A stretch of 64,000 bases of DNA from Octopus sinensis (GCF_006345805.1 NC_043000.1:162626001-162690000); one strand, 5' to 3'. Shown: positions 1 to 11,997, counted from the stretch's first letter. Numbers and translations: made by a program. The notes: generated by a model not told the origin, from the sequence alone.

Positions 1-725
1 ACATATCCATCTTGCAAATTCTGATTCCAAATTTTAAATACTTCCCTTATGGATTCCAATTTATCATCACTTCTCTTTTTTTTTCTTCTTGAACTAACAT
101 CATCAAAACGCAATATTTGTAACATCTGTTGAAATCTTCCCTGGCTCATAATTTTGTTAAATATTGGGCGGCCATCTTCTTGACTCCATAATAATGTGAC
201 ATTTTCATGTTTAGATTTATAAGCACCTATAAGAATAATGAGTCCAATAAATCTCTTTAGTTCAGAGTGATCAATTTCCTTCCATTTGTCTTTGTAAACA
301 ACCTGACATTCAACATTTGTCCATTTACGAATTACTTCAAAAAGATTCTGGTGCATAAAGATAGTAAAACCTGTTTCAATGCTATCACAAGACCTTTTAG
401 CAAAACCGGATGGTCCACATTCTGGGTGCACAATATTGCAAGATGAAGTTCTTACTGCTGCTTGGGTAAAAGGATTAGAATGCCAAACTTCTTGTCTGTC
501 TCTAGAAACATATTGCTCATTCATAATTGGGTGGCTTGCAGATAATTGTTTTTGAGTATCTTCATCATCTGATGACAAAGAACCTAAACTGCCTAGCACA
601 CAATCACTTTCACCATCATCTTCAGAGCAATAGAAGAAATCACTACTATCTTCTTCCCATTCTTCATCTAATTCCAATAACCTTTTCGATATTTAGCCTT
701 CATTCAAGTTTTCACTTCTACGCAT
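1..725 (-). pseudogene. piggyBac (PGBD-like, DDE_Tnp_1_7) transposase, N-terminal half, disrupted and running off the window edge
   Basis: The minus frame is open from 524 to the window edge: MNEQYVSRDRQEVW...WTNVECQVVYKDKWKEIDHSELKRFIGLIILIG...GRPIFNKIMSQGRFQQMLQILRFDDVSSRR...DKLESIREVFKIWNQNLQDGY. The acidic N-terminus from ATG 725 has a stop and a frameshift. A possible 5' end, TTAA-TCCATTGGACCC, lies at about 1083. Confidence 0.85.
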
Positions 726-1852
726 ATTGGAAAGCACAACTGAACAATATGATACTTGATAACAGACTAAAGGCAGATATTGTTCTCTCACATATTTATA
801 CTCTACTGAAAGATGATGCAATATATTGTAAGGATTGCGTCATCGCATAGAAATATTGCATCACCCTATAACCTAGCAGATTGAAGGTGTTGCAATACCA
901 CACAAATTTACAGGAACATTTTCTTAAATTTTCCTATTTTATTTAAAATTCAGCAAATATATAGAAAACAATTTTATCTATTTTATATCTGATAAATATC
1001 TAGGAAAATAATATTTGATAGTGTTTTCGTGCTGTTTAGAATGACAAGAGTATTGTCTGACTTTAATTCAAGGGTCCAATGGATTAATGAATAAAGGTAA
1101 TTAATGTATAAAGGGAAATTTTCTAGCTTTTATAAACACACGGAAAATTTCCCATTTGACAAATAAAAGAGATCCAAGAAAAAATAAGACACGGGAGAGA
1201 TCAGCAGAATCAAATAAACAGTAGGAAAAACCAACTGAAAAAAGTGAAATTGGTAGACATGAAGGTTAATGAAGTAACTAATTAATACTAAGTAGAGTTT
1301 GTTATGTTTGCGTTTCTAAAATTGGATACACGAATATAACAAAATGTATCCAAAATCAAACACTTCTTCAACAACGATTCTCGAGGAATAGTCAAGATAT
1401 TGATAGTAAGTGAGAGAATACTTGAGAGAAGTATGGATAGAGACGGAATCACTACGCCAACAAAACAGCCAAGAAGCCCCCGCAATCATTCAACAGAAAA
1501 TAATTATACAAGCAGATCAGATGAAAGAACCAGACAGGATAAACTTCCAAACATTCGATAAAATATTTAACGAAGACATATAACGGAGCTTACAGAGATG
1601 TTCTATGAGATTAAACACTAATCTATACATTAATAATATTTAACAAGACTTGGCACAAATCATGATAAAAAAAAGCAGAAAATGTTTTGTAGAAATTTTG
1701 TGCATTTAGTTTAGATCTTCATCAATAATTTTGTATGCAATTACCACATGTTCTACATCATGTAGGAATATCAAATGAAATTCCAAGTCAAGAGTACAGG
1801 AAACAGACTAAATATACGAAAAATATCTCTCGATCATTAATATTTTTAACCT

Positions 1853-2240
1853 AGGCACAAAGCCCGAAATGTTTGGGAAGGGGACCAGTCAATTACATCG
1901 AATATATACGCAACTGGTACTTAATTTATCGACCCGTAAGGATGAAATGCAAAGTCGACCTCGGCGGAATTTGAACTAAGAACGTAAAGGCAGACGAAAT
2001 ACCTATTTCTTTATTACCCACAAGGGGCTAAACATAGAAGGGACAAACAAGGACAGACATAGGTATTAAGTCGATTACATCGACCCCAGTGCGTAACTGG
2101 TACTTAATTTATCGACCCCGAAAGGATGAAAGGTAAAGTCGACCTCGGCGGAATTTGAACTCACAACGTAACGGCAGACGAAATACCGCTAAGCATTTCG
2201 CCCGGCGTGCTAACGTTTCTGCTAGCCAGCTTGCCGCCTT
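1853..2240 (-). mobile_element. tRNA-derived SINE of the dominant family: one near-full copy (2011-2240) plus an adjacent partial copy
   Basis: The minus strand has an A-box-like GCTGGCTAGCAG, a B-box GAGTTCAAATTCC and the core GGTCGACTTTACCTTTCATCCTTTCGGGGTCGATAAATTAAGTACCAG, which recurs many times in the window. Confidence 0.85.
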
Positions 2241-2507
2241 ATCGCTCGATCATTAATGAAATAACGAAACAATTCTATGTAAAGTTTGTTATAGTTGTGT
2301 ATCTAAAATTGGATACACAAATACAACAAAGCTATAAAGCTTTACACGTGCATTTCTGTAAGTCAACTAACTTACATCCTTGGATTATTAGCATATATAT
2401 ATATATATTGGCCGCGATATACTGAGGAGTCGGCGATATAAATTTATATGTATTAGCCAGAAAAATCGTGATGTAATGATGTGCGATAGGTGAAACGCTA
2501 TATGGCG

Positions 2508-2548
<41 letters not shown>

Positions 2549-2617
2549 TATATACATGCATACATGCGTTCGTGTATACATGCAGACTTCCCTTCTTTGG
2601 ATCTTTCCTTTTCCTAT

Positions 2618-2652
2618 GTTTCTGACGAAGAGCTCCGCTCGAAACGTTAAAC
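2618..2652 (+). ncRNA. Minimal type I hammerhead ribozyme motif
   Basis: GTTT-CTGACGA-A-GAGC(TCC)GCTC-GAAAC-GTT-AAAC. Stem I is GTTT/AAAC, stem II is GAGC/GCTC, and stem III is the ACGT palindrome. It lies in a ~200-bp element between (TA)n tracts. Confidence 0.7.
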
Positions 2653-2846
2653 CCTCCTTCTTTCCTGAGCTTCCAATAACACTATACTTGTTCCACGTCC
2701 TCGCGTTGTTGTGTTTTTTCTTTGTGTTTTCCTGTTTGGATTACCAATATATATATATACAAAAATTCAAATAAGTTATCATCATCTTTCAAAAAATAAT
2801 GATAAAGTGGCCAGTAAACATAAAAGCATAGGAAAAATATATATTA

Positions 2847-3068
2847 AAAGTCAGGGTACAAAATGTCTCTTCTTGCTAGAAAGAAGAGTTAAAGGAATCC
2901 AAAGCCACGCATCTTTCGCTGAATGTAAACACGCATGGAGAAAGTAGTAAATATACTAAAAAAACAGTAATCCCCATTTGTAAAACTACAAAGTGGAGAG
3001 TCTGAGAAATGCGTGGCTTTGGAGAGTTCTAACTCTTCCTTCTAGCAAACCGGTATATATTGTACCCT

Positions 3069-3074
<6 letters not shown>
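2847..3074. repeat. MITE-like inverted repeat with ~65-bp imperfect arms
   Basis: AAAGTCAGGGTACAA...CCAAAGCCACGCAT is mirrored by ATGCGTGGCTTTGG...TTGTACCCTGACTTT, which abuts (TA)n. Confidence 0.7.
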
Positions 3075-3147
<73 letters not shown>

Positions 3148-3223
3148 TTATAAGTGAGCGCAAAAGAAAGAATTTCTAATGCCAAAATATGCCGAAAATA
3201 GGCACAACGTCAATAACTATTTA

Positions 3224-3349
3224 ATTTATCACTACAAGCACGCGTTTCGATGGAAAGCCGACAGAAATTTCAAAGAAAATCCGTTATTACCATATCGGGC
3301 CCGATTTCAGAGTTAGTACATAAGAACCTTCCCTTCATCAGTGATAAAT
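3224..3349 (-). ncRNA. Degenerate hammerhead-like motif with a long stem II
   Basis: Minus strand: ATTTATCA-CTGATGA-AGGGAAG...CTTTCCATC-GAAA-CGCGTGCTT-GTA-G-TGATAAAT. The 8-bp stem I is offset by one extra G. Confidence 0.45.
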
Positions 3350-6300
3350 GCGGCAAAGAAATAAGTGAAATACTTACTTATACCCATGGAAGAAGCGAAC
3401 ACTAGGTCATGAGCTCAATTAAGTACCCTAAATATATCCATATATATATATATATATATGTTGCAGTTATGTACATTCACCAAATAGCTATTACAACTTT
3501 TAAAACAACTAAATGCAATAAGATAAGCAAATATATAAATTTAATATATCAGAGCAAAATCCACAGTTGTATTGGCGTCACTGTTATTTCATTTGAAACA
3601 TATTTCAAAAACTTATATTAGATTTGAGAAAAAAGCGTGATTTTAATTGAAGTGATATTATCAAAGGAATATTTTCTGGATAATAAAATTAAGTTAGCCC
3701 CGTGTGTAAACATGTTTATTTCTAATTTAAATATATTAAAAATGAAATTGCTCTGTGAAATTAGATTTTACGATTTATAAAACAAACCTAATGTACGAGA
3801 CACGAAGAGGTACATAAATAAAGAAAACAATACATACATATACTCATTACTATAATCTACTGTGTGACTGTGCAACCATTGTTTTCACGAACACATTGCT
3901 TATAAACCCACTATTGTTAGGAGTGAAGGTAAACTGAATAGAGCAATTTGCATATTTAATTAATTTCTTACGGATAGATTGAACATTAGATTACTGGCTT
4001 GTTATCAGTATTCCTGTTCGTTATTATCCTGTATTCTAAGCAAAAACTGTTACTGCTGCAGTTCTGACCACTATGCTATTTCGGTTTTGATCCGTTGCGG
4101 ACTCCTTGACCTTGTATAAATGTGCATTGCATAAAGTACTTTGTACCTAACCACACACATACAGAAATTAATTATAGTCTATTGAACTGAACATAAACAT
4201 TTCCTGCAGACTAAGGGTAGAATATAAAGCAATGTGGAAGCTGACGAGTAACATTCGAAATCGGTTATTATTCAACAAAAGTTCATTCCTGCTCTGTACG
4301 TTACCTTCCGAACCATTCTTATAAAGCTGGTAAAAAATTGTGTGAAGATAATAGTAATAATAATAGTTTCAAATGTTGACTCAAGGCCGGTAATTTTGGG
4401 GAGTTGGAGTTTAGTTGCATAATTATACAGTTTATGATTTGAATCTGAATGGTTTTGAAATGACTAAAAACTGAAGTTAAAGTTCCTTATTACATACTTG
4501 AGGGAACTAATAGCAAGCGGGATTGCTGGTAATGAACAACGGAATATATCTATAGATATAATAAATACGTTAACACGAATGTAAACAAAATGTTCGCGAA
4601 CGAAACATGACGAAGATTCCAAACAGAATCGAAACGACAAATCATTTTAAAAAGAGACTCAAATAGCGAAATTTGTAACCAACAAAATAAAAATATCAAC
4701 AACAAAATTTGTTTTGAAGGGAATTTGTCTTCTTTTTTCTAGTAGGTGGGATGGAAACACCTTTCTTAGAATACGTCCTGGGTTAAAGGTGATCGATAAG
4801 TTTTACTTTTATTCTGGTGTTATTTAACCCAAAATCAGACTTGCCTGAACTTAACATCCGTTAAAGGAGTTCCATAGCCATTTCTACTTTCAGACACAAT
4901 GCATACAAGATCACGCAATCCAATGAGCCGTTTCTACTTCAAAACTCTAGTATATCATTTGAAAAAGAATTAGCTAGAATTCATTATTGGTAGAATGAGT
5001 GTGCAAGTGTCCCTTGTTGACACATTCTCTCTATGATTCTAATTTTAGCAGACAGCGTGAATACTTAGAACAACGTTTTCTTATTGGCTCATAGCATTTT
5101 ATTTGTTATACATACGAAGGCAGTGGTTGTGTTTTATGTCTTAAATAATCATCGTGGTGAGTAAAGATTTTTGTTTTATCATTCTAATTTAGAGTGATCT
5201 GTCATATTTCCAGCATACTTTAAAATATGCTGCAACACGCACAGGTGAAACGATTATTCATTTTTATCTGCAGTTTATGATCTAAAATCTGCTTCGACCA
5301 TTATTTTCTTTTAGATTTACTTCATTCATTTTTAATAAAGGTAATTCATCTTAATTCTTTTGAAAATTGCATCGCGTTATATCAATAAAGATTTATTTTA
5401 TCTTTTAGTAATCTTTTTATAATAATGTTTTCTTTATATATTGAGGCAACTGATGAAAGAATCATGAAAGCTTGAGAGAAAATACTTAACGGTATTTTTC
5501 TAGTTTTATACATTCTGAGTTCAGATCTCACAGAGGTCAACGTTGCCTCTCATCTTTGCGTGGTATCAATTCCAATCAAGTAGTAGTCCTTCTTTAATTA
5601 ATTACCAATCAGGAGCTGGACTTCATAAGACGGTTCAAAGTTGTTTTTCGATTCAGATCATGCATAGCCTGCAAAGACACAGTCGTCAGCTCTGTCGGAC
5701 TTTGCCTTTCCCTTGGGCATCATCGGGTAGCATATTGCATGGACAAGAGTTCTGCACACTGAAGAGGAAACTCCAATGCTACCTCACCGCGCTCTTCCAA
5801 TACCAACTGAAATTTTTTAAGGTGCCGATCCATATACTGAGACATAAGAATATTAAAAAGAAGTAGGGAAGAAGAGAATATTACAGAGAATCACTGCCAA
5901 ATACAATCCACTCTACGCAACAAAATAACATAATACATACTGGGCATAATCGACGGCTTGTACTTTAGATATTCAACACACCAGCAATAAGTCACATAAA
6001 TCATATGGCATATAATTGTCACCAAATAATATAACACCACCCACATAACACAAATTCCACAGCACATGATAAACAACCAACACAGTAAAATATTAACCTG
6101 TAAGAATATATTCAGCGCTTCACCACTACGGTATCGTAGCCAAAATCTCATTAATTGCTTTCTGGAGGTGGGAAAATCATTAATTTTCAAAAATAAAAAT
6201 ACCAGAAACACCCGACCAAACAAATTATCGCTTTATATCCTGCACGAGTAGTTACTCAGTTGGAGTGAAATAGCATATTAACAGGATGAACAGAAAGTGT

Positions 6301-6599
6301 GCCAGAAAGAGATTTATGGTTGTAAAGAGTTTCTATCAGTGACTAACTTTATAAAAGAGTGATTATAGAAGACAACGAAAAGAAGTAAACAAAGAAATGG
6401 CTTTGACTACTTTGACTGATTAAAAGCATGAACTTCCGAAATTATGAAGAAAGTATACATTAATAGAGCAGGTCCAATATTTACAAAAATTACTTAAAAG
6501 CACCCTAAATCATAGCTTCATAGCCATCTTTTGGGAGGAATTCATTGCGGTTTGCATAATTCAACTCTGGAAACATGGGTGTTTCGTTCAATACCTTTA

Positions 6600-6796
6600 A
6601 ACAACCCTTATTCAGGGTCCTTTTGAGCGGGATGGGCTACTCAACCTGAAGAAAATTCTAACTGGGTTCCACCTGCAAGGTCATGTGCTGTTTATCTTGA
6701 TATAAGGTTGTGATGCATGTGCCTAGTGTACCCTTATCAGACGGTTAGTCATGATGGGTATACTGGACCTCGTATATTTTACACCAGTGTCACTTA

Positions 6797-6855
<59 letters not shown>
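6600..6855 (+). mobile_element. 3' UTR of an R4/Dong-type LINE (family A) followed by (TAA)n
   Basis: GTACCCTTATCAGACGG...CGTATATTTTACACCAGTGTCACT matches the reverse complement of the 3' ends at 14158 and 58855. (TAA)n starts at about 6798. Confidence 0.65.
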
Positions 6856-6858
<3 letters not shown>

Positions 6859-8232
6859 TTTCTTTCTCTCTCCCTCTCACGCACGCACGCACATATATAT
6901 GTTACATATATCAAATCAAATGTGTGGGGGAAAGTCGGTAGAAAAGGAAAAACCTATAGGGACGTATTGTAAACATAAGCAATTCTATAGTTCAAAAATA
7001 AGGGCGGATAATCCTCACACAAAAAGATAATTTTCTTAAATATAAAATAATTCATGTTATATTATACTGAGATGTGTAAAACCAATGTAACAAAATAAGA
7101 ACACAACAGCAGAAAAGAAAAGATAAAGAGAAACAAATGGGAACTGGAAAGTAAAAAACTCTTGTGTTGCATAAAAGCTTGCAAGAAACCGCAACAGTTG
7201 CGGTAGAATTTCGAGGAAACGGGCGAACATACATGGCAACGGCATATCTGCTTTTATGTATTTGTATTGAAATTGTAACTTTCAATACAACATTTGATAT
7301 TTGGTGCGTCGTTTCCAGCTGGCTAAAAGAAGATATAGGAGGATCAGTTAATTATAATTTAATACATCATATCTCCCTCTCAGATTCACATACTTATTAC
7401 AGCGGTCTTTCAGTTTTTCTAAGTCTTATAAAAGAACTCGGAAGTTTGGGCCTCCAGCCAGGCCTTTCCTGATACTCTTAAAGCCAGGAACTTTTCAGCA
7501 ACCCCTCGTATACAAATTGCAGCTTCGAAATACAATTGGCTATACATTGGTTCACTGTTTTGCTCATGGTGTGAGTGACAGAAGAGTGATAGTAACAAGA
7601 TGTAAAATAAATATTGCCAATATATTCATTCGGACAACGCCAATTTTCAGGTTTTATCCTTTATCTATGTATGTCACTGAGATAAATAAATACTAACCTA
7701 TTTTAGAAGACAATCAAGGACATATTTACTGATAACCAGTAGTTGGGTCACCGTAGTGATTGTATTGTCATCTATTAATAAACACTGGGACTACGCGGTT
7801 TCATTAACTCGATGGCAATACTGACTCAACTATCGATAAATTTTAACTTTTAGGATTTGTTTCCTGACAGCAGATAGTCTTGTGTTCAGGGAGTAATATT
7901 TTGATGAGCAAATGAGCAAAGTCTAAAATGTATGTATTACACATAAGAATTACAACCATACACACGCAATACACACGCATACACACATACCGCACACACA
8001 CATACCGCACACACACAAGCACGCGCGTATATATGTTACAGATATCAGATGGAATGTGTGAGGGAAACGGAGTAGACAAGGAAAACCTGTAGGAATTTAT
8101 TGCAAACATATAAGCGGTTGCACTGTTCGAAATTAAAGGCAGATAATCCATATACGAAAAGACAAATTCTCAAACGATAAAATAATTCTTTCTGCTCACA
8201 CACACACATATGCAACATCCATGTATAAATAT

Positions 8233-8269
<37 letters not shown>

Positions 8270-8490
8270 TCAATATAGGGTGGCAAAAAACTTTTGTAGA
8301 ATTTTTTTGCCACCAGCGGCCTAGTGGGAAAAAATTAAATAGTCATAGACCATTTTTAAGTTCAACATCACAATCAAGGAACGGCCATAATAGGCCATTC
8401 ACCCACTAGAAATAACAGCCAAAAGCTTCAACCGCAAAAATAACATCAATTCCGTAAACCAGGAGAAAATTAAAAAACATTTACCCTGTA

Positions 8491-8597
8491 ATTTCTTATA
8501 CGATGCACCGTTTCATCTACTGTTTAATGGTAAACTAACCTGATTAAATTAAATCAAGCCAATCTACCATAGGCCCTTAGATTCATCAGTAAGAAAT
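8491..8597 (-). ncRNA. Type I hammerhead ribozyme (491-bp unit, copy 1); predicted GUA cleavage between 8499 and 8498
   Basis: ATTTCTTA-CTGATGA-ATCTA[56-nt extension]TAGAT-GAAAC-GGTGCATC-GTA-TAAGAAAT. Stem I is a perfect 8 bp and stems II and III pair. Confidence 0.88.
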
Positions 8598-8981
8598 AGC
8601 CAAGTCGGAACAGATATTTTTCACGAGGCATTCCCGTCCTTGCCTCGGCAATATCTGACCTAAAATTTTCAAATCATCGCACTCGCGCCAAATTTATCGG
8701 CAGCAAATAAATATAAGCCGCCGATTCCATTACGGAATTAACCAGAAAATTCATAATTAATCAATATAGGGTGCCAAAAAAATTTTGTAGAATTTTTTTG
8801 CCACCAGCGGCCTAGTGGGAAAAAATTAAATAGTCATAGACCATTTTTAAGTTCAACATCACAATCAAGGAACGGCCATAATAGGCCATTCACCCACTAG
8901 AAATAACAGCCAAAAGCTTCAACCGCAAAAATAACATCAATTCCGTAAACCAGGAGAAAATTAAAAAACATTTACCCTGTA

Positions 8982-9088
8982 ATTTCTTATACGATGCACC
9001 GTTTCATCTACTGTTTAATGGTAAACTAACCTGATTAAATTAAATCAAGCCAATCTACCATAGGCCCTTAGATTCATCAGTAAGAAAT
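8982..9088 (-). ncRNA. Type I hammerhead ribozyme (copy 2); predicted cleavage between 8990 and 8989
   Basis: Same sequence as copy 1, offset by 491 bp. Confidence 0.88.
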
Positions 9089-9797
9089 AGCCAAGTCGGA
9101 ACAGATATTTTTCACGAGGCATTCCCGTCCTTGCCTCGGCAATATCTGACCTAAAATTTTCAAATCATCGCACTCGCGCCAAATTTATCGGCAGCAAATA
9201 AATATAAGCCGCCGATTCCATTACGGAATTAACCAGAAAATCATAATTAATCAATATAGGGTGGCAAAAAAATTTTGTAGAATTTTTTTGCCACCAGCGG
9301 CCTAGTGGGAAAAAATTAAATAGTCATAGACCATTTTTAAGTTCAACATCACAATCAAGGAACGGCCATAATAGGCCATTCACCCACTAGAAATAACAGC
9401 CAAAAGCTTCATGGGCCTATGGTAGATTGGCTTGATTTAATTTAATCAGGTTAGTTTACCATTAAACAGTAGATGAAACGGTGCATCGTATAAGAAATTA
9501 CAGTGTAAATGTTTTTTAATTTTCTCCTGGTTTACGGAATTGATGTTATTTTTGCGGTTGAAGCTTTTGGCTGTTATTTCTAGTGGGTGAATGGCCTAAA
9601 AATTCTACAAAATTTTTTTGCCACCCTATATTGATTAATTATGAATTTTCTGGTTAATTCCGTAATGGAATCGGCGGCTTATATTTATTTGCTGCCGATA
9701 AATTTGGCGCGAGTGCGATGATTTGAAAATTTTAGGTCAGATATTGCCGAGGCAAGGACGGGAATGCCTCGTGAAAAATATCTGTTCCGACTTGGCT

Positions 9798-9904
9798 ATT
9801 TCTTACTGATGAATCTAAGGGCCTATGGTAGATTGGCTTGATTTAATTTAATCAGGTTAGTTTACCATTAAACAGTAGATGAAACGGTGCATCGTATAAG
9901 AAAT
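9798..9904 (+). ncRNA. Type I hammerhead ribozyme (copy 3); predicted cleavage after 9896
   Basis: CTGATGA at 9806-9812, GAAAC at 9881-9885, GTA at 9894-9896, stem I ATTTCTTA/TAAGAAAT. Confidence 0.88.
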
Positions 9905-10289
9905 TACAGGGTAAATGTTTTTTAATTTTCTCCTGGTTTACGGAATTGATGTTATTTTTGCGGTTGAAGCTTTTGGCTGTTATTTCTAGTGGGTGAATGG
10001 CCTATTATGGCCGTTCCTTGATTGTGATGTTGAACTTAAAAATGGTCTATGACTATTTAATTTTTTCCCACTAGGCCGCTGGTGGCAAAAAAATTCTACA
10101 AAATTTTTTTTGGCACACTATATTGATTAATTATGAATTTTCTGGTTAATTCCGTAATGGAATCGGCGGCTTATATTTATTTGCTGCCGATAAATTTGGC
10201 GCGAGTGCGATGATTTGAAAATTTTAGGTCAGATATTGCCGAGGCAAGGACGGGAATGCCTCGTGAAAAATATCTGTTCCGACTTGGCT

Positions 10290-10396
10290 ATTTCTTACTG
10301 ATGAACCTAAGGGCCTATGGTAGATTGGCTTGATTTAATTTAATCAGGTTAGTTTACCATTAAACAGTAGATGAAACGGTGCATCGTATAAGAAAT
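10290..10396 (+). ncRNA. Type I hammerhead ribozyme (copy 4, one stem II mismatch); predicted cleavage after 10388
   Basis: As copy 3 but with ACCTA in place of ATCTA in stem II; offset by 492 bp. Confidence 0.82.
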
Positions 10397-10515
10397 TACA
10401 GGGTAAATGTTTTTTAATTTTCTCCTGGTTTACGGAATTGATGTTATTTTTGCGGTTGAAGCTTTTGGCTGTTATTTCTAGTGGTTGAATGGCCTATTAT
10501 GGCCGTTCCTTGATT

Positions 10516-10556
<41 letters not shown>

Positions 10557-11060
10557 TTTGATACTTTGATAGGTTTCGGCCAGTATTGGCCCAAGCCATG
10601 TCTAACTTAACTGCACCATCTGGAATCGGACAACATGGCCCACTCGAGGAGAGGGTTATTGTTTACGGAGACATATCCGGGTGTACGAGGTTTATCCGGG
10701 AATTTTTGAAGGAATTTGACCAAAGACTTGAACTTTATGGAGTCTGTTTCAGCTTTAATGTGTTTTAGTGTAATGTTAAAGAGTGCGGGGTCGATTGAGG
10801 TGAAATAATTGTGCTGTAACGTTGCTATGAGTTGGGAGTATGATTTATGTTGTGGGCGGATAGCACGGGATTTAAGTCTTGGGTGTATCTTAAAGGTGAT
10901 ACCAAGGCAATACTGATGGAATATTTTCCACATCCTGCAGATGATGTAGAGCTCGCAGCGGCGTTGGGGAGAGTAAAGCTTGAGCTTTTCTAGTCGACCC
11001 TAATAGTGAAGGCCTGTCATGCCATCTATCTGTTTTGTAATTGACCGTTCTTTCTTACAA
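10557..11060 (-). mobile_element. 3' end of a CR1/L2-type LINE ORF2 (degenerate)
   Basis: ITKQIDGMTGLHY*GRLEKLKLYSPQRRCELYIICRMWKI...PALFNITLKHIK...KFPDKPRTPGY resembles the RT C-terminus of this clade. The tail is a short ATCAAAGT repeat. Confidence 0.75.
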
Positions 11061-11524
11061 AATATATAGAACTGCTAAAAAGTCCTCTAGTCGAACAAAA
11101 GATTCGAATTAAGATATAAACTCCAATTAGACAATCATACTCATACATTTATAAATTCGACTTAAAATGCGTAAACATATATTAATACATATCAACACAT
11201 ATGAATAATTTTTTAAATATTCATAAAATATATATATATATTTATGTATATATATATATATAATTAAATAAGGGTAGAAATTGATATTAATCAATTAAAA
11301 CCAGTGGCCTAGCATATTTTTTTTTAAATCCGAAGATTAAAATTTTTTTACATACAAAATTTAGAAAACTGACCACTAAAAGTGGACAGCTTATATGCTA
11401 GATATAGACGTCAAAATCGCCATTTTCCACGAAGAATGTGTTCTCAAGAAAAAGCTCAGCAAAAAAAAGCCAAAGTGTAAAAATAAGCAAGACAAATGAA
11501 AATATACGAAATAAAAACGATTAC

Positions 11525-11595
11525 CTATGTACTAATTAGTTTCATTTGTTAATATTTACGTATATGGATACGCAAACACCTGATCATCAGTATAG
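11525..11595 (-). ncRNA. Degenerate hammerhead (left arm)
   Basis: CTATA-CTGATGA...GAAACTAATTAGTA-CATAG. Mismatches at the bases of stems I and II. Confidence 0.5.
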
Positions 11596-11946
11596 TCTGT
11601 CGTTTACAACCCAATTTCCAGAACTAGACACAGAACGCTCAACCGAAATTCAGTATGAATGAAGTTCTACAATAATATCTTTCAAATAGTATCTTTCAAA
11701 TGCCTTCACTTTGAGATCAAATGCCTTCACTGAGATCGGAAATTACTCTGCAGTTGATAAACTACGGCAGTTAATATACCGGTTAGAGAACTTTTTTTTT
11801 TTCAATTAAATAAGGGTAGAAATTTATATTAATCAATTAAAACCAGTGGCCTACACACAGATATAATTTGTAGAAATTTATACATTCTGAATTTCGGTTG
11901 AGCGTTCTGTGTCTAGTTCTGGAAATTGTGTTTTGTAAACGACAGA

Positions 11947-11997
11947 CTATGCTGATGAGCTTGCAAATATTAACAAGTGAAACTAATTAGTACATAG
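11947..11997 (+). ncRNA. Type I hammerhead ribozyme with palindromic stem III; predicted cleavage after 11992
   Basis: CTATG-CTGATGA-GCTTG(CAAATATTAA)CAAGT-GAA-ACTAATTAGT-A-CATAG. Confidence 0.82.

Larger units (their letters stand above)
8262..10520. repeat. Fold-back tandem array of a ~491-bp hammerhead-containing unit between (TA)n tracts
   Basis: Left-arm unit starts are 8262, 8753 and 9243 (partial, to 9411). The inverted right arm runs 9413-10520 with unit boundaries at 9642 and 10134 and an ~85-bp deletion at 9598. Copies are near-identical. Confidence 0.95.

Noticed and set aside
527-850. 107-aa plus-strand ORF
   Set aside because: Antisense shadow of the piggyBac N-terminus.
1315-2334. 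~30-bp repeat CTAAAATTGGATACAC at ~1315 and ~2306
   Set aside because: Too short to interpret; probably split by the SINE insertions or a chance relic.
5590-5830. GC-richer island with splice-like sites (ORF 5543-5866)
   Set aside because: No recognisable protein, and alternative frames contain stops.
8262-10520. CRISPR-like array or simple satellite interpretation
   Set aside because: There are no unique spacers. The units are ~491 bp, contain HHRs and invert centrally.
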